Shown here one piece after another: positions 36,042 through 44,250 of a stretch of DNA of 64,000 bases; position 1 is the first letter of the stretch; the number at the start of each line of letters is the position of its first letter. The notes below the pieces were generated by a model. It saw only the letters and a list, made by a program, of their open reading frames with translations, was not told where the DNA came from and made no database searches. The stretch spans positions 9,239 through 73,238 of the forward strand of contig JANLHM010000005.1 in NCBI GenBank assembly GCA_024654565.1. Reading direction: 5' to 3'. The DNA is from Nanobdellota archaeon (GTDB lineage: Archaea; Nanobdellota; Nanobdellia; Pacearchaeales; GW2011-AR1). Made by a program: the position numbers and the translations under genes.

Positions 36042-36289
36042 TGCAAATAAGAAAAAGCCTCTTCATCCTCTTTTGAAGACCATGATTCACCCATTAACCT
36101 TTCATCTGCAAGAAATCTTGCGTTCTCCCAGTCTTCAGCCGTTATTTTCTCCATTTCTGAAATTCTTTTCTCTATAATTTTTCTAACAAAAGAACTCCAT
36201 TTAATATCAGAAAATTTTTTCATTTTTTTATAAACCTCATCATCTATTGAAAGGGTAATATTTGTCATGGTAAGAATGAGTGGTGGCAC
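36038..36289 (-). CDS. antitoxin partner of the MazF-like toxin
   Basis: 83-aa ORF. ATGA overlap with the toxin start. N-terminal ..ITLSIDDEVYKKMKKF.. is RHH/AbrB-like. Confidence 0.6.
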   Translation of the reverse strand: MPPLILTMTNITLSIDDEVYKKMKKFSDIKWSSFVRKIIEKRISEMEKITAEDWENARFLADERLMGESWSSKEDEEAFSYLQ

Positions 36290-36325
36290 TTATTTAAATA
36301 TTTTGTCGTTTTATCCTTTTTTAAC

Positions 36326-36667
36326 CTAAATCTTAAAGTGAATAACCATCTCATCTACCACAATTATTGGTTTGTGACAAGTTCTCCCATTAACTTTTTC
36401 CTTAACAAGCTCAATAAACCCGAATCTTTCAAGGATCTTAATGTCATCCATCACTGCCTTAAATGGTCTTTTTAGGGTCTTCGACAGAGCATAAATTGAA
36501 GAGGGATTTTTGTATTTAATGGTGTCAAGAATACGCGCTTTTTCTTTAGAGAGGACCTTTTTTAGTGAAGAAATGCCATCAAAATTATATTTCTCTTTTC
36601 CCTTAATGAATATAAAACTCCCTTCAGATTCTTTTAACAACACTTCCCTTATTTTTGTTTTTACCAC
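36326..36667 (-). CDS. predicted winged-helix DNA-binding protein
   Basis: 113 aa. ..KARILDTIKYKNPSSIYALSKTLKRPFKAVMDDIKILERFGFIEL.. is HTH-like. Confidence 0.45.
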   Translation of the reverse strand: MVKTKIREVLLKESEGSFIFIKGKEKYNFDGISSLKKVLSKEKARILDTIKYKNPSSIYALSKTLKRPFKAVMDDIKILERFGFIELVKEKVNGRTCHKPIIVVDEMVIHFKI

Positions 36668-36759
36668 TTTTTAAATTGGATTTCAAAGTTTATATAATTT
36701 TAATAATTCTTAAAAAGATTACAAAATATTTTTATACTTTTAATGATTTTTCAGAGTTA

Positions 36760-37077
36760 ATGGATTATACTGTTTACACTACTGAAAAGTTTGACGAGGG
36801 GTTGAAAAGGTTATCTTTAAATGAACAAGAAAGAATTCAAAAGATATTTTTGCAATTAAAAAGTAACCCATATGTAGGGGATCAGTTGCAGATAAGAATT
36901 TTAAGGGAAAAAAGAATCAAAGAAAAGAGAATTTACTACTTAGTTTTTGATGATTTGGGAGCTGTTTTAATTGTCGCAATGAGCAACAAAAAAGCCCAAC
37001 AAAAGACCATTGATTACATCCTTGAGTATATTGAAGACTATAGAAATTATATGAAAAAATTATTAAAAATGAGTTAA
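36760..37077 (+). CDS. RelE/ParE-like toxin, paralog of 41709..42047
   Basis: Start set at the in-frame ATG 36760 (MDYTVYTTEKFDEGLKRL..). ..RIYYLVFDDLGAVLIVAMSNKKAQQKTIDYI.. parallels ..RFYFIVEGHKLKILSV..RMSNKKDQQKVINEI.. in the other copy. Confidence 0.55.
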   Translation: MDYTVYTTEKFDEGLKRLSLNEQERIQKIFLQLKSNPYVGDQLQIRILREKRIKEKRIYYLVFDDLGAVLIVAMSNKKAQQKTIDYILEYIEDYRNYMKKLLKMS

Positions 37078-37229
37078 GCCACTCTTTTTATTCTTCCAGC
37101 TTTTGCATCTTCCAAGCTTTCTTTAAATTGCCTGACTAAACCCCAATCAACTTCTTTTACCCCTCTTAATAACTTTAATTCGTTTAACAGACTTTCATAT
37201 TCGCTTCTTGGTATTTTGACCATTTCCAT
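37074..37229 (-). CDS. small antitoxin-like protein (51 aa, below track cutoff)
   Basis: Hand translation gives MEMVKIPRSEYESLLNELKLLRGVKEVDWGLVRQFKESLEDAKAGRIKRVA. The ..SLEDAKAGRIKRV end resembles Phd/YefM-type antitoxins. Its stop overlaps the stop of the convergent toxin gene. Confidence 0.35.
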   Translation of the reverse strand: MEMVKIPRSEYESLLNELKLLRGVKEVDWGLVRQFKESLEDAKAGRIKRVA

Positions 37230-37416
37230 TAAAAAGGTAAAGAAATAAAGTTTTTAATTCTTTCGAAAAGTAATCTAATTTCCATTAAATAAAATCCTTT
37301 TTGGATAAAAATCTCTTATTCCAAACTCTCATTTACAATATATATCATTTTTGGATATATATAAAATTAGCGTTTTTACTAAACCCCCTAAAATCTGTAA
37401 CTTTATGAAAAAGACA

Positions 37417-37432
37417 GCGAAACCTTTATAAA
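37417..37432 (+). promoter_or_regulatory. BRE/TATA-like promoter about 300 nt upstream of the S-layer gene
   Basis: gcgaaa-cc-tttataaa is purine-rich BRE-like followed by a consensus-like archaeal TATA box. Confidence 0.4.
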
Positions 37433-37727
37433 TGAAACCTCTAAAAATGAGGGTTATCCACTCAAAACCAAAAGTTTTGCTACAAAGCTTTTTAAAGAAA
37501 AATTGGCTTAGTCCCTTACACTCAATTGAGGGTGGTCTTATAGGGAATAAGAGCCGAAAATCAAGCGTTTGCAAAACACGAACGCAAAACGGCATACTGC
37601 TCTATAAGCGCTAAGAAAGTTCCCCTATAGCTTTTTTAGTAAACTTTCAGGGTTGCATACGCAACCTTTTGGGGCCCCTAAAAACGGCTTCAAAATAGAA
37701 GTAGAAAGGAGGATATAAAAACAAAAA

Positions 37728-40355
37728 ATGAAATTAAATTTCAAAAAAATCTCAGCAGTTTTTGGTGCAATTGTAATGACAGGTGCTACTTTAGGTTTCG
37801 CTGCAGCTGCAGCTTACCCGGCTCCTTTTGTACAAAGCGGTGCGGCTAACGTTGCTATCGTTTATGGTACAGGAGAAGGAGTTAGCTCACTTGACATGGT
37901 TTCAGTTACAGGAGTACAAACTTCTTTAGCTAGCTATGTTACAGGCGAAAGTACTACAATTGATGGTGAGTCTATTAGTTTGGCAAGTGGTTCTGATTTA
38001 TACTTGAATGATGACCTTGCGGAAAACATTCAAACTATAACAAAGTCAAACCTTCCAAACACATTAGCGGACGGAACATTCACTGATGACGGAGGTACTG
38101 ACTATGATTATGAACAAACAATCTCAATTGGTACTAACACAGCAAACAATGTTGCTTTCAGTGACTCGGACAATGACTTTAATGACCCTGCTATAATAAT
38201 GGATTTATCAACTAGTACTGCAAACTACGCTTACAGATGGTCTGTAACTTTCGACAATGCTGTTGCTTTTAACGCAACAGACTCAGAAGGTGAAGAATTA
38301 GTTCTTTTCGGTAAAACATATACTGTCGGAACTGATACTGACGCAGACACTCTTGTATTACTTGGAGGTTCTGATTCAACATTGATTAATGTTGGAGAAT
38401 CAAAAACTCTTACAGTTGGTGGCGAAAATTATGTAGTTGTACTTACTGGAATTAGTAGTGCAACAACAGCTGAAGCAGGAATAACTGTTAATGGTGAATC
38501 TAAGACATTTACTCAAGGCCAAACTAAAAAAGTGGCTGGAGTTGATGTTTATATGAAAACTGTTTTCAGAACTGGAGACAACACTGGATACATTGAAGTT
38601 CAAGTGGGAGCAGACAAATTAATTTTTGAAAGCGGAAACGCTGTTCAAGAAGGGTCAGACAGTACAGACATTGATGGAACTCTTGTAACAATTACAGGAG
38701 GAGTTAATGCTACGACTGCTATGACTATTGCTGTTGCTGCTGAAGACAACGATGCAAACCACATCTTGATGGGAGAATCATTTACTGACCCAGTATTTGG
38801 AACTTTAAGTTTAGTTTTTGAAGGTGCAAATAATGCCCCTGTGATTGTTAATCACAAGGACACTTCATCTGACAGAAACATGCTTGAAATTTCAAAAGGT
38901 GGAGACAGAGAACTTCAATTGACGTTCACTGACTCAGCTGGCAAAACTGCGACAGTTCCATTTACTTATCAAGATGCTTTGCAAGATGATAGTAGTAATG
39001 ATATAGAAGTCGTTGAAGGAGCCACACTTACAGTGGATGAATATTTCCTCTTGAATAGTGGAAATTACCAGCACTTGATGCAGTTAACTAAGGTTGACTC
39101 AGATCAATCTGGCCAAGTTACTTTCAAAGACCTATTGACTGGAACAAGTTACGGAACAAACTCTGGAACTAACCATTCTGTAGCTCAGACTGTATACATT
39201 TCTAACCAAGCGTATACGATTACAAGAGTAAGTGACACAAGTGTAAACATAACTTCTAGCGATATTGCGACAAACAAGGCGGTTTTCCCTTACATTGAAC
39301 TTGTAGGTGGAGAGGACCATAGATTTGCATTTACTGATGAAGTTGCTATTGGAGATACAGTTACTGCTGTAGCAAACGATACTGCAGTAAATGGTTTGAT
39401 ATATGACCTTCCTACAGGAAGTGTTCAATTTAGAATCGCTGATGCAGGTGTTTTGGATGCAAATACAACTACTGTGGACTATGATATTGACGAAGCAGGA
39501 AGTTGGACAAATATTGCTGCTTTAACTGGAGACGGAACTAGTGAAGAACTATCTTTTGCTGTTGGAACAGTAGTTTACAACTTTGACTTAAGTGTTGCAG
39601 ATTCAACTGCTGCTGTGCTTACAATAGTAAATGCGTCTATAGACACCGGTTTTAGTGCTGGACTTAACCCCGCAGATGAACAGACATCGCCAGGTATTTT
39701 GTTTGTGGAAGACGAAGATAAATCTGAATCTATTACTACAACAAAGAATGCTGTGTTATTGAATACGAGTGATAGTGGAACTTACTCAACAGTTTTAGCT
39801 CCATTGTTCTCAAATACTGTAAGCACTGAATATGATACTGAGACATTCGATGACTCTGACTTTGTTGGTTACCTAACTAACTTTGGTACATACGTCGTGA
39901 GAGACAGTTCAGATACAAATCAAGCTTTCGCAAGTTTGACTTACCCTGAACAACCAATGTACTTCGACGTTAGTTTCGCAGAATCTGACTCTGTTTCATC
40001 GTCTGGTGGACTTGGAGACGTTCTTGTAATGGACTCTGAAGTTTCAAATGTTTCTACTAAGAACTTAGTGATTGTAGGTGGTAGTTGTATTAACTCAGCT
40101 GCTGCAACTGCATTAGGTGTTTCACAACACACATGTGGTGCTGCTTTCACATCTTCTACAGGAGTAAGTGCTGGACAATTCTTGATCAAAGGTGTTCAAG
40201 ATGCATTTAGTGAAGGCAAACTTGCTCTAGTTGTTGCTGGTTATGAAGCTGCGGATACTCAAAACGCTGCTACATACCTAGTAAATAGAGACGTTGACAC
40301 TTCGTCAAGTTACATGGGAACATCTGCTACAGAAGCAACTTTAGTTGTTGCATAA
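37728..40355 (+). CDS. putative S-layer / major cell-surface protein
   Basis: 875 aa. Signal peptide (MKLNFKKISAVFGAIVMTGATLGFAAAAAYPAPF..). T/S/D/A/G/V-rich, with only two Cys, both near the C-terminus. Codons biased to GCT/GGT/GTT/ACT. Followed by a long poly-T tract. The ends (..YPAPFVQSG..AIVYG.. and ..NLVIVGGSCINSAAA..KLALVVAGYEAADTQNAATYL) recall euryarchaeal S-layer protein termini; this resemblance is tentative and from memory. Confidence 0.75.
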   Translation: MKLNFKKISAVFGAIVMTGATLGFAAAAAYPAPFVQSGAANVAIVYGTGEGVSSLDMVSVTGVQTSLASYVTGESTTIDGESISLASGSDLYLNDDLAENIQTITKSNLPNTLADGTFTDDGGTDYDYEQTISIGTNTANNVAFSDSDNDFNDPAIIMDLSTSTANYAYRWSVTFDNAVAFNATDSEGEELVLFGKTYTVGTDTDADTLVLLGGSDSTLINVGESKTLTVGGENYVVVLTGISSATTAEAGITVNGESKTFTQGQTKKVAGVDVYMKTVFRTGDNTGYIEVQVGADKLIFESGNAVQEGSDSTDIDGTLVTITGGVNATTAMTIAVAAEDNDANHILMGESFTDPVFGTLSLVFEGANNAPVIVNHKDTSSDRNMLEISKGGDRELQLTFTDSAGKTATVPFTYQDALQDDSSNDIEVVEGATLTVDEYFLLNSGNYQHLMQLTKVDSDQSGQVTFKDLLTGTSYGTNSGTNHSVAQTVYISNQAYTITRVSDTSVNITSSDIATNKAVFPYIELVGGEDHRFAFTDEVAIGDTVTAVANDTAVNGLIYDLPTGSVQFRIADAGVLDANTTTVDYDIDEAGSWTNIAALTGDGTSEELSFAVGTVVYNFDLSVADSTAAVLTIVNASIDTGFSAGLNPADEQTSPGILFVEDEDKSESITTTKNAVLLNTSDSGTYSTVLAPLFSNTVSTEYDTETFDDSDFVGYLTNFGTYVVRDSSDTNQAFASLTYPEQPMYFDVSFAESDSVSSSGGLGDVLVMDSEVSNVSTKNLVIVGGSCINSAAATALGVSQHTCGAAFTSSTGVSAGQFLIKGVQDAFSEGKLALVVAGYEAADTQNAATYLVNRDVDTSSSYMGTSATEATLVVA

Positions 40356-40375
40356 GTAAACAGAAAAGCCAAAAA

Positions 40376-40405
40376 TTTATTTTTTTCTTTTTTTTTCTTT
40401 TTTTT
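40376..40405 (+). terminator. poly-T archaeal terminator tract after the S-layer gene
   Basis: tttatttttttctttttttttctttttttt begins 20 nt after the stop codon. Confidence 0.5.
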
Positions 40406-40831
40406 ACCCCTAGTAGATACTTTGAAAAAGTATCTCGGGGTACACCTGTGGTGTGAACCCCGCTCGGCGGGAGCTTTCTTTTTCCCAATGGAAAAAACCC
40501 CTTGAATTCTGACACCCAACGTATGCTCAGAAGAGACATATGTCACTAGTACCGAAAAATAGTTTCAACAAGTTTCTCAGTTTATTTGTCTCCAAAATTA
40601 CTAAACGCAAATTTTTCCGACGGTAAATCTAATAGTCAAAGATAAATATTTGGGTTGTTAATCATTTTGAAAGCTTAAAGAATTAGTTTATACGCAAAGC
40701 CTGCAAAGCAAAAAATTCTACATATAAAAAGAAGGTGCATATGCCCCCATGTTATACGATTCTGACACCTAACGGAAAGTTTATACACTACGTTTTACTA
40801 CAAAATACAACGTTTTAATGCAATTTAAAAA

Positions 40832-41068
40832 ATGGTAAAAACAACTGTTGACATTCCCGAAGAAGAAAATAGAATTTTAAATGTTGTGAAAGGGAAATAT
40901 GGATTTAGAAATAAGGAAGAGGCTCTTATTTTCATATTGAGGGGATTTATGGACAAATTGGAACCCGAAATAAGACCTGAATACATTGAGAAACTTGAAC
41001 AAATAAGAAGAGATGAGGGAATTCCTTTCAAAAATATTGGTGAATTAAGAAAAATAATTGAGAGCTAA
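40832..41068 (+). CDS. antitoxin (RHH-like) of a RelE-type pair
   Basis: 78 aa. MVKTTVDIPEEENRILNVVKGKYGFRNKEEALIFIL... The toxin gene starts 1 nt after its stop. Confidence 0.6.
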   Translation: MVKTTVDIPEEENRILNVVKGKYGFRNKEEALIFILRGFMDKLEPEIRPEYIEKLEQIRRDEGIPFKNIGELRKIIES

Positions 41069-41069
41069 A

Positions 41070-41336
41070 ATGAATTATGAAATAAGACCTCACTTACAAA
41101 AAGTTCCCAATAAACTTTCAAAGAAAGATAAAATTTTGTACGGTCAAGTTTTAAATAAAATTGGAGAGGTGGCAAATTCGGATCCTGAACACTATAAAAA
41201 TCTTAGATATGATCTGAAGGATTCAAAGAGAGTTCACGTTGGCAGTTTTGTCTTGGTTTTTCAATTTGATAAGAAAAACAATAAAATTATCAAAGATAAT
41301 TTTGACCACCATGATAAAATTTATGTCAAAAGATAG
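41070..41336 (+). CDS. RelE/ParE-superfamily toxin
   Basis: Start set at ATG 41070 (MNYEIRPHLQK..). The C-terminal ..RVHVGSFVLVFQFDKKNNKIIKDNFDHHDKIY fits the RelE-family end pattern. Confidence 0.65.
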   Translation: MNYEIRPHLQKVPNKLSKKDKILYGQVLNKIGEVANSDPEHYKNLRYDLKDSKRVHVGSFVLVFQFDKKNNKIIKDNFDHHDKIYVKR

Positions 41337-41413
41337 TTTACGCGGGAGCTTTCTCTAATTTTTCATTAAAAAGTTTAGATAAAGATTTACAAATATATTT
41401 TAAAATAATCTTA

Positions 41414-41680
41414 ATGATGGGAAAAAGGGCCAAATCTAAAAAAACTAGAAGGCACAGTGGAAGAGTTACCCCCAATTTTGCAATAAAAGGAAAATATTCT
41501 AAGTTGATTGAAGATGCGCTAGAACCTCAAGAGATGTGGGATGACTGGAGTGATTACAGAGATGGTATGAGAAATTGGTCAAAAAAAGAACTTAATGACA
41601 ATCCAAAAGAGATTAGATTGGGAAAGGTTTATTCGCTTGAAGAAATTCAAAAAGAGATTAATGAGAGATATTTAAAATAA
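41414..41680 (+). CDS. hypothetical protein
   Basis: 88-aa ORF with a basic N-terminus. No motif recognised. Confidence 0.4.
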   Translation: MMGKRAKSKKTRRHSGRVTPNFAIKGKYSKLIEDALEPQEMWDDWSDYRDGMRNWSKKELNDNPKEIRLGKVYSLEEIQKEINERYLK

Positions 41681-41708
41681 AAAAACTTCATTTAAAAATT
41701 GAATAAAA

Positions 41709-42047
41709 TTAAAATTCTTCTTCTCCTATCTTCCTTAAAACAACCTTTATTTCATTAATTACTTTCTGTTGATCTTTTTTGTTGGACATTCTGACAAACC
41801 GAATTAATAAATCTTTAAGTTCTTCAACACTAAGAATTTTTAATTTATGCCCTTCAACAATAAAATAAAATCTAAACCCTTCAAATTTAATTTCCTTAAT
41901 TAAAAGTCCCCCAACATTCCCAACTATTTTCCCTTTATTGGGATTGTCTTTTAGGGTTTCGATAAAATCAATTATTTTATGGGATTCACCTTTAAACTTT
42001 TTCTGTATTTCTTTGAATAAAGAAGGAGCTATTTTAACCTTGGCCAT
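41709..42047 (-). CDS. RelE/ParE-like toxin, paralog of 36760..37077
   Basis: 112 aa. Shares ..F(Y)[FL][IV]V.. and the MSNKK[AD]QQK[TV]I.. C-terminal segment with the other copy. Confidence 0.55.
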   Translation of the reverse strand: MAKVKIAPSLFKEIQKKFKGESHKIIDFIETLKDNPNKGKIVGNVGGLLIKEIKFEGFRFYFIVEGHKLKILSVEELKDLLIRFVRMSNKKDQQKVINEIKVVLRKIGEEEF

Positions 42048-42241
42048 TTTTTATCCAACTCTTTTCTTGCTTCTTCTATTGTTAAATAACCTTCGTCATC
42101 CATTAAAAATGCCCTAATTTGTTCCTTTACAGCCAAGCTATAAATCCTTCTTAAAATTTTTTCATAACTTTCACTTTTATCTCCAAAAGAGGCTATCTTT
42201 TTTTTCAGCTCATCACTTAATTGTATTGTTGTTATACCCAT
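42029..42241 (-). CDS. RHH-type antitoxin
   Basis: 70 aa. MGITTIQLSDELKKKIASFG.. is a ribbon-helix-helix start. Overlaps the toxin start by 19 nt. Confidence 0.6.
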   Translation of the reverse strand: MGITTIQLSDELKKKIASFGDKSESYEKILRRIYSLAVKEQIRAFLMDDEGYLTIEEARKELDKKWPRLK

Positions 42242-42340
42242 TTTCTATATATTCTATAGTCCCTATAGCTTATAAACTTTTCTCACATTTTTATCTTGCC
42301 CTATCAAAATATTTATATATCATTGTATAATTAACTATAT

Positions 42341-42568
42341 ATGGAAGACCAGTCTACAATCCTCATAGAAAAAAGAGTAATTTCATTACTTAAAAAAGCA
42401 AAAGAACATCCTCGGCAGACCTATAGTGAAATTCTTGAAAGGATAATAAATTCTTATCTTAAAATAAAGGAAAGAGACCAATATGATAAATTTATTCATG
42501 AGGTTCAAAAACCCAAAATGAATGAACTTTGGAACAACAAAGAAGATGAAATCTGGGATAAAATTTAA
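42341..42568 (+). CDS. antitoxin partner of a MazF-like toxin
   Basis: 75-aa ORF immediately upstream of and overlapping the MazF-like gene. ..ILIEKRVISLLKKAKEHPRQTYSEILERII.. is RHH-like. Confidence 0.55.
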   Translation: MEDQSTILIEKRVISLLKKAKEHPRQTYSEILERIINSYLKIKERDQYDKFIHEVQKPKMNELWNNKEDEIWDKI

Positions 42569-42863
42569 TTTTGGAGATATTGTTTTAACAGAGGTGCAGT
42601 TTATTGACAGCCCTGAAATAAAGAGAAGACCTGCCTTGGTATTGTTTCAGGAATATGGGAACATTATTGTCGCCGGAATTACAAGCAACAAAAAAATGGA
42701 AGGAATAAAAATAACCCAAAAAGAAGGAATGATTAAAGAAAGTGTGATTAAACTAAACTACATATTCACAATTTCAGAAATGATGGTAAAGAGAAACCTA
42801 TTTAAAATTTCAACTGAAAAAAAAGATATGGTTAGAAATGAACTTTTCTTGAAAATAAGATAA
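42546..42863 (+). CDS. PemK/MazF-family toxin
   Basis: Start set at the in-frame ATG 42546 (MKSGIKFNFGDIVLTEVQFIDSPEIKRRPALVL..), the same N-terminal pattern as 35709..36041. Confidence 0.75.
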   Translation: MKSGIKFNFGDIVLTEVQFIDSPEIKRRPALVLFQEYGNIIVAGITSNKKMEGIKITQKEGMIKESVIKLNYIFTISEMMVKRNLFKISTEKKDMVRNELFLKIR

Positions 42864-42903
42864 CCTCCACAATACTTTTATACCTAAATTTCCAATTTAA
42901 TTA

Positions 42904-43491
42904 ATGATAAAAAGAATTCAAACTCACAAAGACAAGACTAAAAAAGACAAGAGAAACCAATTAATTCTTGCAGGAGTTTTGATAGTTGTTATGTTCGGTT
43001 CTGTTTTTGGAATAGTAGTGAACAGCTTTGGAGGAGGGGTGGAAGGAAGTACCATCACTTATAACGGATTTATATTTTTGAATGAAAATGGGTTTTATTC
43101 AACTCAAGTTGGAAACTATAGGTATTACTTTTCAAACAATCCTAAAGACATTGGCTCACTCCAGAGCAATGTATTTTTAGAAAAAAGCCTTCCTGACTAC
43201 TTTCAGGAAAGTGTTTACATTTCTTCACAGGACTACAATTCCTTTTCTGAAATAGAAGGAAACCTTTATCAATATGCACTTAAAATCGAGGAAGCCTGTA
43301 AAGAGGGGGACGTTTGTTACAATGAACTTCTTCCAAAAAAAACATGCCTTGACAACATGATTATAATAAAAGTTGCAGAAGAAAACAGAATTTATGAAGA
43401 AAGTAATTGTGTTTACATTGAGGGAAAAGAAAAAGATTTACTAAAAATGACTGACAAATTTTTGTTTAATATTATTGGAATAGACAAGTGA
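42904..43491 (+). CDS. N-terminally anchored extracellular protein (hypothetical)
   Basis: 195 aa. Basic N-terminus plus one TM helix (LILAGVLIVVMFGSVFGIVV). Confidence 0.55.
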   Translation: MIKRIQTHKDKTKKDKRNQLILAGVLIVVMFGSVFGIVVNSFGGGVEGSTITYNGFIFLNENGFYSTQVGNYRYYFSNNPKDIGSLQSNVFLEKSLPDYFQESVYISSQDYNSFSEIEGNLYQYALKIEEACKEGDVCYNELLPKKTCLDNMIIIKVAEENRIYEESNCVYIEGKEKDLLKMTDKFLFNIIGIDK

Positions 43492-43552
43492 ATAAATAAG
43501 ATTAATATAAACTTAATATAAAATTATAAAGAAAAAAAATTAGAAAAATAAA

Positions 43553-44218
43553 ATGGCAAAAAAAAGAGTAAAAAAAGAATCAAAAGAGGAAAAGAGTGAA
43601 AGACTTCAAGAAGAAAACTCGTCAAAAAAAAGGGAGAACAGTGAAAACAGTACTTTGAGGAATATTCTCCTAATTGGGGGGGTCATGATACTCCTCGTCA
43701 TTGGGCTTTACGTTTATACTCAAAATTCGGGAAAGTATTCGTATAAAAACATTGAATTTGAAAAAAATTTAATTGGAAACATCACATTCTATGAAACTCT
43801 CACACTTGCAAATAACTCAAAAGGGGAAGAATTTGGTTTTAGATTAAGGACAGACCCAAATGAGTTTAAACAAATCCCATTTGAAAATGTGGACAATCTT
43901 AGGATCATGAAGTTAAATGTTATTGCTTCTGAAGAAAACTATACCTTCAATTGTGGATATGGGGTGTTACCTGTTGCTAACCTAAACAGACTTTTCTTGG
44001 AAATGGGAGCTGAATTTGCAAAGGATGAAAATGCAACTTGCGACCCAGAAGGAAGGTATAACTATTTCACTTTAAAGTATGGGGATGAAAATTCAATAAA
44101 AGAAATTGGAAACAGATGTTATGACTTGGTTATAAAAGGGAATGACACAAAGTGTGATATACTCCCAGTAACTGAAAAACTTATGGTTGAACTTTATTCA
44201 AGATATTTAGATTTGTAA
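43553..44218 (+). CDS. N-terminally anchored extracellular protein (hypothetical)
   Basis: 221 aa. K/E-rich N-terminus plus one TM helix (ILLIGGVMILLVIGLYVY). Confidence 0.55.
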   Translation: MAKKRVKKESKEEKSERLQEENSSKKRENSENSTLRNILLIGGVMILLVIGLYVYTQNSGKYSYKNIEFEKNLIGNITFYETLTLANNSKGEEFGFRLRTDPNEFKQIPFENVDNLRIMKLNVIASEENYTFNCGYGVLPVANLNRLFLEMGAEFAKDENATCDPEGRYNYFTLKYGDENSIKEIGNRCYDLVIKGNDTKCDILPVTEKLMVELYSRYLDL

Positions 44219-44250
44219 AAGTTTAAAATGAAGTTTAATTGAAGTTAATT

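Noticed and set aside
37329-37614. Track ORFs 37329..37595 (-) and 37432..37614 (+) upstream of the S-layer gene.
   Set aside because: They overlap each other, have odd composition and no motifs, and one begins inside the TATA-like box. The region is better explained as leader or ncRNA.
37728-40355. Higher GC of the S-layer gene as evidence for horizontal acquisition.
   Set aside because: In the stretches I read, third codon positions remain mostly A/T (GCT, GGT, GTT, ACT, ACA). The GC shift comes from the Ala/Gly/Thr/Val-rich amino-acid composition and expression-type codon bias, not foreign base composition.
40482-40501. ttcccaatggaaaaaacccc resembles an archaeal origin recognition box (TTCCA-n-TGGAAA dyad plus G/C string).
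   Set aside because: There is a single copy only. The C-string is on the wrong side relative to the ORB consensus as I recall it. No orc1/cdc6 gene, second ORB or obvious unwinding element is nearby.
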